64,000 bases of DNA from Takakia lepidozioides (lineage: Eukaryota > Plantae > Bryophyta): the NCBI GenBank assembly GCA_030704615.1, contig CM060734.1, forward strand, positions 4,712,001 to 4,776,000, given 5' to 3'. The notes under the pieces are model-generated. The model had not been told where the DNA came from, did no database searches, and saw nothing but the letters and a program-made list of their open reading frames with translations. Positions 38,201-51,300 of the stretch are shown here, in pieces (within the stretch, counting starts at the first letter, position 1; every line of letters begins with the position of its first letter). The position numbers and the translations under genes are program-made.

Positions 38201-39451
38201 CAATTACCAGCTTCACAAGCTTTGACTTGTATTTGGTTCTGGACTTGACACCAGCTTCCTTCAAGTGCTCAGTCAATGACTGCAACGTTTTGACCTGCCC
38301 CTCACTTTCCATGAAGAAGCGTTTGGCATGGGCCAAATCCAGCTTGATGTTTGACTGCCAACAAAAACATGCAGAAGCGTTACATTCGATTCATGTGGAA
38401 ACATTACTGAAAATTGGGGAAGGATGAGCAGAGGGAAATTGGAGGACGACTTACTTCGTATATCACCTCCACCATTCCATCCATAGTGAGACGATACCAT
38501 GTCCGGTCTGTTTTTGCAACGGCTTTCTGAATGAGCTCGGGCTCCAGCATTTCCGCAAACATCTGCGGATCAGTGAGACCAGTTTTCCTCACCCTGTACA
38601 GCATATGTGCCATGTGGGTATGCACTTACGCATTCTCAGTGACCCTGCAAGGCACACTCTCCAGTTCAGTACACGGAAGCACGGAAACAAACCAGAATGG
38701 AAACTGAAATGCGGCACCGCATTTCGAACGTGCTAGGGAGGGTATGAGTATCTTACGAGTTGAGGTCCGCCATGGCATTCTTGAGCAGGGAGGAGTCTGC
38801 CGCCTTCACCTTCAGGATGACACACTCCACCATGTAATGCCAGCCAATGTGCTTGGCATGGTTCTGCTTGATGTACTCCCACCAGGCGAGAAGTCGGTGA
38901 TTCCCGTCCCACACAAAGAACATTTTACCAGACATATGGCCAAAGTCTAGATCACTCTTCAGCGTCGCCTCGAATTCGTCGTTGCAAGTGTGCCAGTGGG
39001 TATCCCACGTTGACAATTCATCGGAAGTGGGTCCACGAGTTTCGCCGTCCTCATTCTCAATGGAAACGTAAAACGCTGCCGATCCCAGACGGTACCCTTC
39101 TCGAAATGCGAACTTGAGCTTATCCACATCTCCGGGAAGGGCCTGCCTGACGATGGGAAGAGAGACAATGCGACAGAGTGGGATTCGAAGAGTCCGCTGG
39201 AATACCCTGCTGCCCAGAACTCTGCCAATGCTACTGTGTGTCTCCTCCAACATTTTATCCGATGCACTTTTGAAATCCTTCGGAGACATGTCTGTAGGTG
39301 CCGGTAGTGGCTGAGCAGCTGGAGCATCCTCAACTGGAGCTGCACTCTGGGGCCTGTCTGCGGGCAATTCTGCCATTGCAGAGGCCTCCTCCGGGCCTGC
39401 TTGCTCATCGGTGGTGAGGTCTTGCTGCGAACGTTGAGCGGCAGCACCCTC
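35267..39451 (-). pseudogene. Diverged ParB-MTase fusion gene of copy C; 5' end cut by insertion D
   Basis: LRIPLCRIV..FFVWDGNHRLLAW (~38900), CDMIILDIPDG (~36560), RTRSPAFIQTIMETC..VLDLICGT, NVPFFARADF. Intron positions match B/D/E; several stops and frameshifts. Confidence 0.82.
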
Positions 39452-39647
39452 GGGGGCTGCTATTTCATGAGCGGCATGAGCATGAGCGAAAAAAAAAAAA
39501 GCATGAGCAGACCATTGTGAGTCCACAGAAATAGGGTTAGGAGGCACGGAAATAGGGTCATGTGAAGTTGGAATGTGGCACCAGTGGACTTGAAATGCAA
39601 CATTTTATTGCAAATTTTGTGGCAAGCCACGTCTATACAAGTGTGTT

Positions 39648-42600
39648 CTAACTGTCATAGCCGGAATGGGCACTACTCTCCTACACCCTCCGAGGAACTT
39701 GCCCCACCTTCTTCCTCATCCCCCTCATCCCCCTCATCCTCCGAGCTCTGTGATGCATCAGTTCCACTATGCCTCTCAAAAATCCCGTCCTCTCCTTGGG
39801 GGACTGTCTACCTCACCTCCTGGGAATCTTCTGCGTCTTCTCCCCCACTTTCCTCAGCAGAATCCAACACAAATCTACGAGCCCGACGAGCTCTAATAGC
39901 TGCTGCCTCCTCCCTCATCTTCATTTTCTTGAGGCTTGCCTCGTCTAAAATCTGCTGTACACGACTACGTTCGGAACACCTCCTAATGGACACCGAAGCA
40001 AGCCGGGCAGCATAAGTAGGAAGGATGTACTCCCTTTCTGGACTAGGCATGAAATCCCCCCTGGCAAAAAAAGGCACGTTCCTCCTGCCCATGAACTCCG
40101 GTGTAGACGTCCCTCCGGCAGTACTTGGCATCCTACAGTAAGAACAAATCCACTTGAAGAATGTCAATACCAGCACAACCAGAAAGGGTTTTCAATGAAA
40201 TAAGAGAGCGGAGGGAGGTGCCTCACAAAATCTGGAGGCAACTTACAATGCCACCACTCACTCGTAAACCGGGGGCTCCTCGGCCTCGATCCCAACTTCC
40301 TCCCCCTGCTCCTTCTCGGATTTTTCCTCATCCTCCAAGGATGCCTCTTCCTCTTTCGGCAGACGTTCAGCCGCTGCAAGTTCCGAGTTGTGGAGGGCAG
40401 TATCTGGCTCGAAGGCGAACACATGCCTGTCGGACAACGTCCCTACCCACATTGAAGCACCTGAGGAACAAAGCGGGCGGTTAATAGCTTGCGGCATGCA
40501 ATTGCAATGGGGCCAGGGGACAAACTGAGCACGTGAAGGCTTACCCGTGCCGCATGTGAGGTCCAGAATCCGCCCTTGGACATCCGAGCACGTCTCCATG
40601 AGGGTTTGGATGAAAGCAGGGCTCCGGGTCCGGCTGTACCGCCACGGTTTGCCTGTCTTTGTGTCCTTCGGCATACTAGAGTGGGGCACATAGTTGTAGA
40701 GGACATCGTAGGTTACAGGGTCCACAGCGGCATCAACAAGACGACCGTCGTTGCGGAATTTGAACGTAGACCCTCTCTTCACAAAGCAATATGCCTCAAA
40801 CACCAATGTCTGCACATCCAACAAAGAAGGGATCAATTCCAGGGTCTACTTAACATACACCACAATATGAAGTGAATGCAATAGATTGATAACTTACACT
40901 TTGGCCCTCTGTTCGCAACCCCTGCGTACTGATGCAGAACCATTTTCTGAGGAGGACCGGGGTGACACTTTTCGGTGTCCACCTTGCCACCGCATTCTCT
41001 GTGGTCTTCCCTCTCGTGGCAAGGACAACCACACATCCACCGTCATCCAGAAGCATCCCCGCCAGCCCAAACCCGGCTTTCCAGTAGTCCTCAGTAAACC
41101 TGTTCCAGGTGGGCACACCATCCAGGCCCTCCAGCAGCTCCCCATCTGGAATGTCGAGGAGAATCATGTCGCAAGCTCTCTCCACCTCAACCCCCCCCCC
41201 CCCGAGTGCTCTTGCAATTCGTGCTCACAGCCGTGAAGAATTCCATCATGGCTTCAAAACCAGGGGTGTCTTTAGGCTCTGTACCGGCAGCCCTCTTCTT
41301 GGCTTTCCCCTTCTGCTCCGCCAGAGACTTGTTGTGTGCCACCTTCTTCGCCCTGGCAGCGAGAGCGTCAAGGAAGCTCTCATTGACGCATTGGATGATG
41401 GTTGGAGGTTCTAGCTTTGGCCTGTGCATAAACGTCACCGCCGAATACCGCCGTGTAGGCTCGCCCTCAAATGCCAACTTCTTGGCAGAGCCAGTCCCAC
41501 TCCGAACTGACTTGGGAACCCGGACGACCGGTGACTGGGTAGGAGCAACAGCAGTCGCAGGACCTTGAACAAAATCGGCGTCGGAGTCACTCTCTTGGGT
41601 CCCCTCCTGCGCCTCCTCCGATGCCCCGATGGTTTTCTTCTTTTTGGGTGTTACTGCAGTCACCTGTTTCCTTGTCCTTTTCCTTTGACCTTTACTCTTT
41701 CTCATGCAATTTCTCCTGAATTCCTGCCTGAGCAAGCTCTGCCGCTTTCCTGGAGTTCGCAAGCGCTTTTGCCTCTTTTGCACCCAACGGAGGCAGCGGA
41801 GCCCCGGTTTCGTCGGAATTCAGCATCCAGCTTCAATTGAAACTCGGATGGGTCGAGCGAGCCGGCGGGAAGGTCCACATACCAAGGGCAATCACGCAAA
41901 TGTTCCAGATGCCACTCCTTCACAATATCGTCAGTGTACATGGAGTCAGCCCCAGGGTTCCTCCATGCCAGGAAGAATGGTGGCTCGAAAGACAGATGAC
42001 CTTTCTCCAAAAGGGAAACTTACAGTACCTGCATTCATGAAAAACACAATGAGGTCCGAAAATGGCTAAGTCCCTGAACGGCAATAGGGCCTAGAACTGG
42101 AATATGGCGCCGAATTTCCACTTCAGGGCCAGCCAGTCTAGGGACTTAGCCCGAAAATGGCTAAGTCCCTGAACGGCAATACGGCCTGGAACTGGAAAGT
42201 GGCGCCGAATTTCCAGTTCAGAGCCAGCCAGTCTAGGGACTTAGCCCGAAAAATGGCTAAGTCCCTGGACGGCAATAGGCCTAGAACTGGAAAACGGCGC
42301 CGAATTTCCAGTTCCGGGCCAGCCACCCTAGGGACTTAGCCCGAAAATGGCTAAGTCCCTGGACGGCAATAGGGCCTAGAACTGGAAAACGGCGCCGAAT
42401 TTCCAGTTCCGGGCCAGCCACCTAGGGACTTAGCCCGAAAATGGCTAAGTCCCTGGACGGCAATAGGGCCTAGAACTGGAAAACGGCGCCGAATTTCCAG
42501 TTCCTGGCCAGCCACCGTAGGGACTTAGACCGAAAATGGCTAAGTCCCTGGACGGCAATAGGCCTAGAACTGGAAAACGGCGCCGAATTTCCAGTTCCTG

Positions 42601-45520
42601 GCCAGCCACCGTAGGGACTTAGACCGAAAAATGGCTAAGTCCCTGGACGGCAATAGGGCCTGGAACTGGAATATGGCGCCGAATTTCCACTTCAGGGCCA
42701 GCCAGTCTAGGGACTTAGCCCGAAAATGGCTAAGTCCCTGAACGGCAATACGGCCTGGAACTGGAAAAGGGCGCCGAATTTCCAGTTCAGGGCCAGGCAG
42801 TCTAGGGACTTAGCCCGAAAATGGCTAAGTCCCTGGACGGCAATAGGGCCTAGAACTGGAAAACGGCGCCGAAATTTCCAGTTGCGGGCCAGCCACACTA
42901 GGACTTAGCCGAAAATGGCTAAGTCCTGAACGACAATAGGGCCTAAAAACTGGAATATGGCGCCGAATTTCCACTTCAGGGCCCAGCCAGTCTAGGGCTT
43001 AGGCCGAAAATGGCTAAGTCCCTGAACGCAATAGGGCCTGGAACTGGAAAATGGTGCCGAATTTCCAGTCCGGGCCAGCCAGTCTAGGGACTTAGCCATT
43101 TTCGGAGCCCTGACTGGAAAATTCGGCGCCATTTTCCCTAACACCACTTGAGGCCTCTAACATCCTGAAATGCCAGGACTTGAAAGAAAGGCAGCGCGTA
43201 TGTACCTGTACAGAAGGCGCATTGCTGCTTTGTCCGCGTTCGGCTGGTCGGTGAACTCGTGGCTCCGGCGAGCATCTGCTATCTCCCGAAAGAATAGGTT
43301 GGTTTTGTAGAGCAGAAAGTACCTCGTCACATAGTCACGTAGGCTCTCTGCTGCAGGAGATATCTCCATCTTGAACTGATGTGCTTGTGTGTCCAGCTGC
43401 TCTTTGCGCATTCGTCGTCACCTGTGGAGATTGTCCATCAGATCACTTTCCTCAAAAAATACAATGAATCCACCCCCTACTAGAGTAGAAGCCCCACGAA
43501 GCGTGGGGAAGTACCTGAAACCACCATGTCATGCGGTTCATCCACATGTCGAATGTGGGGTCAGAGAGTTTGTCCGGTTTGGGGAAGCTCCACATGTCCC
43601 TGGTACTTTGGAAACCATTCCAGATTTGGAGCCACCGGGTCTGTCCAACCACCCAGCATATTCGTAAGCGCCACCACAAAAAAGGAGTTGTTGCCACCAC
43701 AATTTTGTTAAGAATGTATCACCTTTTCTGTTGCATCCACACAGGATGTGGCTAGACGATGGAGCTTCTCCAATGTCATCGTGGGCTTCAGAGCGCGAGA
43801 GTAGTGCTCCCCACCTCCACCAGAAAGTCGGCCACCCAAGGGCGGGATCAGCTATGGCCACGTACTTTACCATCCGCGACTTGTACTTTATGCGGGCCCT
43901 CACCTCCGCAGCTTTGACATACGATTCGAGTTCCGGGAGGGTTGGATTCTTCTCCTCTGACTCCATGTAGAACCTCCGCGCATGTGCCAAATCCTGCTGT
44001 ATTTTCGTCTGTCAAGAATGCGCACATAAGATTAGAGATCCTGCTCAACACAATTTCTCCTATTGGGGGACGAGAGACAGATTAGCTCAACAAAACTGTC
44101 AGGAGCTTTACCCGAAATATGTAGTCCACCATGGCGTCGACGCTCAGCCTATACCAGGTTCTGTCTGCCTTTGCCTCCGACTTGCACAGGAGGTCGGCAC
44201 TGAGGGAATTGGCAAACTCTTGCACCCCCTGCTTCCCGACATCCTTCACTCGGAAGAGCATATGGGACAAGTTGGTGGCAATGAAGGCATTCTCAGTCAC
44301 CCTGCAGTGCCACATTTCCATCAAACAATACTGAAATGGGAATTTTCATCATATATGAGGATTCGCAATGAAATGACTTCCAAATTCAAAGTCCAAAAGC
44401 GAGAGGGTTGTAGCTTACGAGTTGATGTCGCCATTGCAGCTTTGAGAAGACTGCGATCTTGGGCCCCGCAACCTTCAGCACAACACAATCGACGGCGAAA
44501 TGCCAATCGAGATCGTTGGGGTGGGCTTGGGCAATGTGCTCCATCCATGCCAGGAGGCGATGATTGCCGTCCCACACGTAGAACATCTTACCGGACATGT
44601 GCTGGAAAAGAGGATCACTAGCAATCGATCTCTCGAACTCCTCATTTCGCGTTTGCCAATGGGGACCCCATTTGTCCACCTCATCGGAAGTGTGGGCACG
44701 GGAAGCTCCGTGGTCGTTCTCAATGGAAACGTAAAAGGCGGCAGACCCCATTCGATATCCATCCCGGAAAGAGAATTTCAGCTTGTCGATATCGCCTGGG
44801 AGGGCAGGTCTCACCACCTGCAATGACACCAAGCGGCAAAGGGGAATTCGAAGCTTGGCCGGGTACACCATGCCCCCCAGCACCCTGCCAATGTTGCTGT
44901 GGGTTGCCTCCAACATCTGGCAGCGGCCAACTTCATATCCGCCTCAGACATGACGTCTGCTGCAGAGGGTTTTCCGGCAGCCCACCAGGACCGCCAAATC
45001 CAGCCTGTATGCTCCGGGTTTGGGGCCTGGGGATGTCCGGGAGGATGTCATCCTGGTCAGAAACCTCCATGTCGTCCTCCTCAACAGGGTCAGCCACCTG
45101 CGAAACCACCTCCAGCACTCTCGTCGTCTCTACTGCCCTCTCCCTGGCTTCACCTCGAACTTGCACAATCCGTGCTCTTTCAGGTGTTCTTTCCTCTCCT
45201 CCACTCTCCACCGTATGGGTAATTGCGGGGGCTGCTCTTGCCCACGATGGTCTAATCGTGTGCTACTGCCTCTCTGTGGTGTCTTGTAGGGATCCACCGT
45301 CTCTGTGGTCCCTCGCTTACATTGTCATCTGTCATTTGGGCACCCCTGGCCTCTTCAGCTGCCTTTTGTCTTTCCTCCTGGCTAGCATTCTGTCTCGTCT
45401 GTTCTTTTGCCCTCTCTTTTGCCCTCTCACTCACGGGCTTTCTGTTTCTTACTAGGGCTAGCAGCAGGGGAGCCCTCCAGGACGACCACCTTTGATTGAG
45501 GCGAACTGACACCCTCGCGC
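39648..45520 (-). CDS. ParB-like + beta-class DNA methyltransferase fusion, multi-exon (copy D; apparent indels and one late nonsense codon)
   Basis: FYVWDGNHRLLAW (~44570), DIPDG (~41150), ILDLTCGTG (~40555); 7 GT-AG introns. The true start is uncertain. Confidence 0.78.
42055..43140. repeat. 95-bp intronic tandem array (copy D)
   Basis: Reverse complement of the 22830-23817 units. Confidence 0.92.
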
Positions 45521-45855
45521 GCACTGCTCACTCCCCCTCCGCAGCTCGTGACTGCTCTCTCGCCGGGGATTGCATGTGCTTAGCTTTCTTCTTTTTCTTT
45601 GCGTGGGCGGGCCCTACTGCATGTGCATGAACAACCTCCATTGCCGGATCTGCTGTCCTCATGTCCTCACGCCCTTCACCTGCCATGCCGCCTGCACCAA
45701 CCTCCCCAATGCCTACTCTGTCGTAATCTCGTTGCAAGTCCTCCCGTCCACCAACAAAGGTTTAAGTTTGCCCTCTCGCCCCAAGTTGGGCGATTCAAAC
45801 ATGCGATGAGTTGGAGCTATCGATGATACCACCAGCGTGCCGGGCCGTCGTCACT

Positions 45856-46355
45856 NNNNNNNNNNNNNNNNNNNNNNNNNNNNNNNNNNNNNNNNNNNNN
45901 NNNNNNNNNNNNNNNNNNNNNNNNNNNNNNNNNNNNNNNNNNNNNNNNNNNNNNNNNNNNNNNNNNNNNNNNNNNNNNNNNNNNNNNNNNNNNNNNNNNN
46001 NNNNNNNNNNNNNNNNNNNNNNNNNNNNNNNNNNNNNNNNNNNNNNNNNNNNNNNNNNNNNNNNNNNNNNNNNNNNNNNNNNNNNNNNNNNNNNNNNNNN
46101 NNNNNNNNNNNNNNNNNNNNNNNNNNNNNNNNNNNNNNNNNNNNNNNNNNNNNNNNNNNNNNNNNNNNNNNNNNNNNNNNNNNNNNNNNNNNNNNNNNNN
46201 NNNNNNNNNNNNNNNNNNNNNNNNNNNNNNNNNNNNNNNNNNNNNNNNNNNNNNNNNNNNNNNNNNNNNNNNNNNNNNNNNNNNNNNNNNNNNNNNNNNN
46301 NNNNNNNNNNNNNNNNNNNNNNNNNNNNNNNNNNNNNNNNNNNNNNNNNNNNNNN
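45856..46355. other. Assembly gap (500 N)
   Basis: Run of N. Confidence 1.
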
Positions 46356-47575
46356 CCGGTAAGTTCGAATCCCGGGTGGAATGGAAATTCCCGGCGCCGA
46401 TTTCCAAATCCTGCAGGTAATTCGAATCCTCCCGGGTGGATGGAATTCGGCGCCGAATTTCCATCCAAGCAGTTAAGTGGATCCGATGGATGGAGATTCG
46501 GGCGCCGAATTTCCATCACTGCAGGTAATTCGATATTGGCTGAATGGAAATATTCGGCGTCCGAATTTTCCATCCAGCATGTAAGTAGAAGCTCGTGGAT
46601 GGGATTCGGAGCCCCCGAATTTCCATCCTGGCAGTTATTCGAATACCGGATGCATGGAAATTCGGCGCGAATTTGTCCCAATCCCAGCAGGTAGGTCGAA
46701 TACCGCATAATGGAATTCGGCGCCGAATTTCCATCCTGCGGTAAGTCGGGATCGTTGCCGAATGGAAGATTCGGCGCCGATTTCCATTCGCCACGTATTT
46801 TTTCCTGCGCGAGGAATTACACTTCGTGTCGGAAATTCCCAATAGAATTACCGTTCCTGCAGTAATTCCAGATGAATAATTACCTTCGTGCATGTATTTT
46901 CAGATGAAATTACCTTCCTGCAGGAATTCCAATCGATGTTAATTCCTCGTCCATAATTACCTACACGAAGGAATTCTGCATTTTGGGAATTCCTGCACGA
47001 AGGTAATTCCTCGCGCGAATACATGGCGAATGGAATTCGGCGCCGAATATCCATCTCACCGATCCGACTTACCTGCTGGATGGAAATCGGCGCCGAATTT
47101 CGCATTTATGCGGGATTCGACTTACCTTCTGGATGGAAATTCGCGCCAATCTCCATCCTCCTGAATTCCACTTACCTGCTGGATGGAATTCGGCGCCCGA
47201 ATTTCCATTCATCCGGTATTCGAATTACCTGCAGGAGGGAAATTCGGCACCGCATCTCCATCCATCCGGGATTCCACTTACCTGCTGGATGGAAAATCGG
47301 CGCCGAATTTCCATCATCCACCGGGATTTCGATATTACCTGCGCGGATGGAAATTGGCGCCAGATTTCCATCCCGCGCTTCCGAATTACCTGCGTGAGGG
47401 AAATTTCCACCTCCGCCCTTCCTCCCTCCGCGGATGGAAATTCGGCCCGATATCCATCCTGCTGCGCTCCGATTACCTGCAGGATGGAAATCCGTCGCCG
47501 GAATTTCCATCGTGCAGCGCTCCGTTACCTCTACGTTGGAAATTCCGGGACTGTTTACCGTCGATTTTCATCCGA
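46356..47575. repeat. Short tandem palindrome array, apparently low sequence quality
   Basis: Repeated GGATGGAAATTCGGCGCCGAATTTCCATCC with many indels next to the gap. Confidence 0.8.
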
Positions 47576-48329
47576 TATGGAGGGCTTCATCCGACATTTT
47601 ATTGCGGCAGTTGGGCAATAAATGTCGACGGCCGTCGGTTATTATTCGGGCTGGCGACCGCATGGCTTCCTGGACACGTACCCTAAATCTCATGCTAACT
47701 TGGCTTAAAACATGGTATTCCAGGCATGTACCCCAAAAAGGAGATCTTTTTGGCTGGGACTTATGCCGCCTGAAGGGCGTGGCTCTCCTGAGAGAGACCT
47801 CACATCCAGACCGCGGCGGAAGTTGAAAGCTCGTACTACGGACGACGGCCAATCTCTCGCATGGCCAAACTGAAGCTCCAGCAGGAGATTCCAGTTTCTT
47901 GCTCACAACTGCGCCAACTGAAGCCGAGTACTCTCAGGCAAGCCACTTCTGCTTTCGTTTGTTCGATTTATTTTTTTGCTTTCGCTTTGTTACCGCCTCT
48001 TGCTTTGTTTTTGCATCTTCATCCTGGCTTTGTTGTATGAGTGAACTTTAGATAGTTGAGTGAACCTTAGATTGTTTGCAATGCGTGGTGCAAATCCGGC
48101 AGTTCTGGAGAAGGCTGCTTGTGCATGTCATTCTTAGGCAATGGTTGCATTTGTTTTCATTGTTGTTGCATGGCTCTCCATACTTCCTAAACTTGTTATG
48201 TTTTCATTTTTGCTACATGATTGTTGCTATGGTGGTTGGCGCTGCTCGTTGCGATGCTGCTTTTTGCACCGATGTTGGTTTTCACGATTTTTGTCAATGA
48301 CAGAGTGACGACGAGCCCGGCACGCTGGT

Positions 48330-51300
48330 GGTATCATCGACAGCTCCACTCATCGCATGTTTGAATCGCCCAACTTGGGCGAGAGGGCAAAACTTAAACC
48401 TTTTGTTGGTGGAGACGGAGGACTTGCAACGAGATTACGACAGAGTAGGCATTGGGAGGTTGGTGCAGGCGGCATGGCAGGTGAAAGGGCGTGAGGACAT
48501 GAGGACAGCAGATCCGGCAATGGAGGTTGTTCATGCACATGCAGTAGGGCCCGCCCACGCAAAGAAAAAGAAGAAAGCTAAGCACATGCAATCCCCGGCG
48601 AGAGAGCAGTCACGGGCTGCGGAGGGGGGTGAGCAATGCGCGCGAGGTGTCAGTTCGCCTCAATCAAAGGTGGTCGTCCTGGAGGGCTCCCTGCTGCTAG
48701 CCCTAGTAAGAAACAGAAAGCCCGTGAGAGGGCAAAAGAGAGGGCAAAGAACAGACGAGACAGAATGCTAGCCAGGAGGAAAGACAAAAGGCAGCTGAAG
48801 AGGCCAGGGGTGCCCAAATGACAGATGCCAATGTAAGCGAGGGACCCACAGAGACGGTGGATCCCTACAAGACACCACAGAGAGCAGTAGCACACCGGTT
48901 AGACCATCGTGGGCAAGAGCAGCCCCCCAATTACCCATACGGTGGAGAGTGGAGGAGAGGAAAAAACACCTGAAAGAGCACGGATTGTGCAAGTTCGAGG
49001 TGAGCCAGGGAGAGGGCAGTAGAGACGGACGAGAGTGCTGGAGTGGTTTCGCAGGTGGCTGACCCTGTTGAGGAGGACGACATGGAGGTTTCTGACCAGG
49101 ATGACATCCTCCCGGACATCCCCAGGCCCCAAACCCGGAGCATACAGGCTGGATTTGGCGGTCCTGGTGGGCTGCCGGAAAACCCCTCTGCAGCAGACGT
49201 CATGTCTGAGGCGGATATGAAGTTGGCCGCTGCCAAGATGTTGGAGGCAACCCACAGCAACATTGGCAGGGTGCTGGGGGCATGGTGTACCCGGCCAAGC
49301 TTCGAATTCCCCTTTGCCGCTTGGTGTCATTGCAGGTGGTGAGACCTGCCCTCCCAGGCGATATCGACAAGCTGAAATTCTCTTTCCGGGATGGATATCG
49401 AATGGGGTCTGCCGCCTTTTACGTTTCCATTGAGAACGACCACGGAGCTTCCCGTGCCCACACTTCCGATGAGGTGGACAAATGGGGTCCCCATTGGCAA
49501 ACGCGAAATGAGGAGTTCGAGAGATCGATTGCTAGTGATCCTCTTTTCCAGCACATGTCCGGTAAGATGTTCTACGTGTGGGACGGCAATCATCGCCTCC
49601 TGGCATGGATGGAGCACATTGCCCAAGCCCACCCCAACGATCTCGATTGGCATTTCGCCGTCGATTGTGTTGTGCTGAAGGTTGCGGGGCCCAAAGATCG
49701 CAGTCTTCTCAAAGCTGCAATGGCCGACATCAACTCGTAAGCTACAACCCCTCTCGCTTTTGGACTTTGAATTTGGAAGTCATTTCATTGCGAATCCTCA
49801 TATATGATGAAAATTCCCATTTCAGTATTGTTTGATGGAAATGTGGCACTGCAGGGTGACTGAGAATGCCTTCATTGCCACCAACTTGTCCCATATGCTC
49901 TTCCGAGTGAAGGATGTCGGGAAGCAGGGGGTGCAAGAGTTTGCCAATTCCCTCAGTGCCGACCTCCCTGCGCAAGTCGGAGGCAAAGGCAGACAGAACC
50001 TGGTATAGGCTGAGCGTCGACGCCATGGTGGACTACATATTTCGGGTAAAGCTCCTGACAGTTTTGTTGAGCTAATCTGTCTCTCCTCCCCCAATAGAGA
50101 AATTGTGTTGAGCAGGATCTCTAATCTTATGTGCGCATTCTTGACAGACGAAAATACAGCAGGATTTGGCACATGCGCGGAGGTTCTACATGGAGTCAGA
50201 GGAGAAGAATCCAACCCTCCCGGAACTCGAATCGTATGTCAAAGCTGCGGAGGTGAGGGCCCGCATAAAGTACAAGTCGCGGATGGTAAAGTACGTGGCC
50301 ATAGCTGATCCCGCCCTTGGTGCCGACTTTCTGGTGGAGGTGGGGAAGCACTACTCTCGCGCTCTGAAGCCCACGATGACATTGGAGAAGCTCCATCGTC
50401 TAGCCACATCCTGTGTGGATGCAACAGAAAAGGTGATACATTCTTAACAAAATTGTGGTGGCAACAACTCCTTTTTGTGGTGTTTGGCGCTTACGAATAT
50501 GCTGGGTGGTTGGACAGACCCGGTGGCTCCAAATCTGGAATGGTTCCCAAAGTACCAGGGACATGTGGAGCTTCCCCAAACCGGACAAACTCTCTGACCC
50601 CACATTCGACATGTGGATGAACCGCATGACATGGTGGTTTCAGGTACTTCCCCACGCTTCGTTGGGGCTTCTACTCTAGTAGGGGGTGGATTCATTGTAT
50701 TTTTTGAGAAAGCGATCTGATGGACAATCTCCACAGGTGACGACGAATGCGCAAGAGCAGCTGGACACACAAGCACATCAGTTCAAGATGGAGATATCTC
50801 CTGCAGCAGAGAGCCTACGTGACTATGTGACGAGGTACTTTCTGCTCTACAAAACCAACCTATTCTTTCGGGGATAGCAGATGCTCGCCGGAGCCACGAG
50901 TTCACCGACCAGCCGAACGCGGACAAAGCAGCAATGCGCCTTCTGTACAGGTACATACGCGCTGCCTTTCTTTCAAGTCCTGGCATTTCAGGATGTTAGA
51001 GGCCTCAAGTGGTGTTAGGGAAAATGGCGCCGAATTTCCAGTCAGGGCTCCGAAAATGGCTAAGTCCCTAGACTGGCTGGCCCGGAACTGGAAATTCGGC
51101 GCCATTTTCCAGTTCCAGGCCCTATTGCCGTTCAGGGACTTAGCCATTTTCGGCCTAAGTCCCTAGACTGGCTGGCCCTGAAGTGGAAATTCGGCGCCAT
51201 ATTCCAGTTTTAGGCCCTATTGCCGTTCAGGGACTTAGCCATTTTCGGCCTAAGTCCCTAGTGTGGCTGGCCCGCAACTGGAAATTCGGCGCCGTTTTCC

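Larger units (their letters stand above)
18087..39451. mobile_element. Diverged MULE subfamily copy C (host of nested B and D; far end not in contig)
   Basis: TIR GGGGGCTGCTATTTCATGAGCCATGAGC at 18087. Its sequence resumes after B's TSD at 33421. It carries two ORF X homologues, a diverged ParB-MTase gene and its own palindrome variant. Confidence 0.7.
39452..45855. mobile_element. MULE copy D (runs into the gap)
   Basis: TIR GGGGGCTGCTATTTCATGAGCGGCATGAGC at 39452, flank AGCACCCTC. Reverse complement of E 48300-54507. Confidence 0.9.

Noticed and set aside
45811-46708. ORFs with X runs
   Set aside because: They span the N gap.
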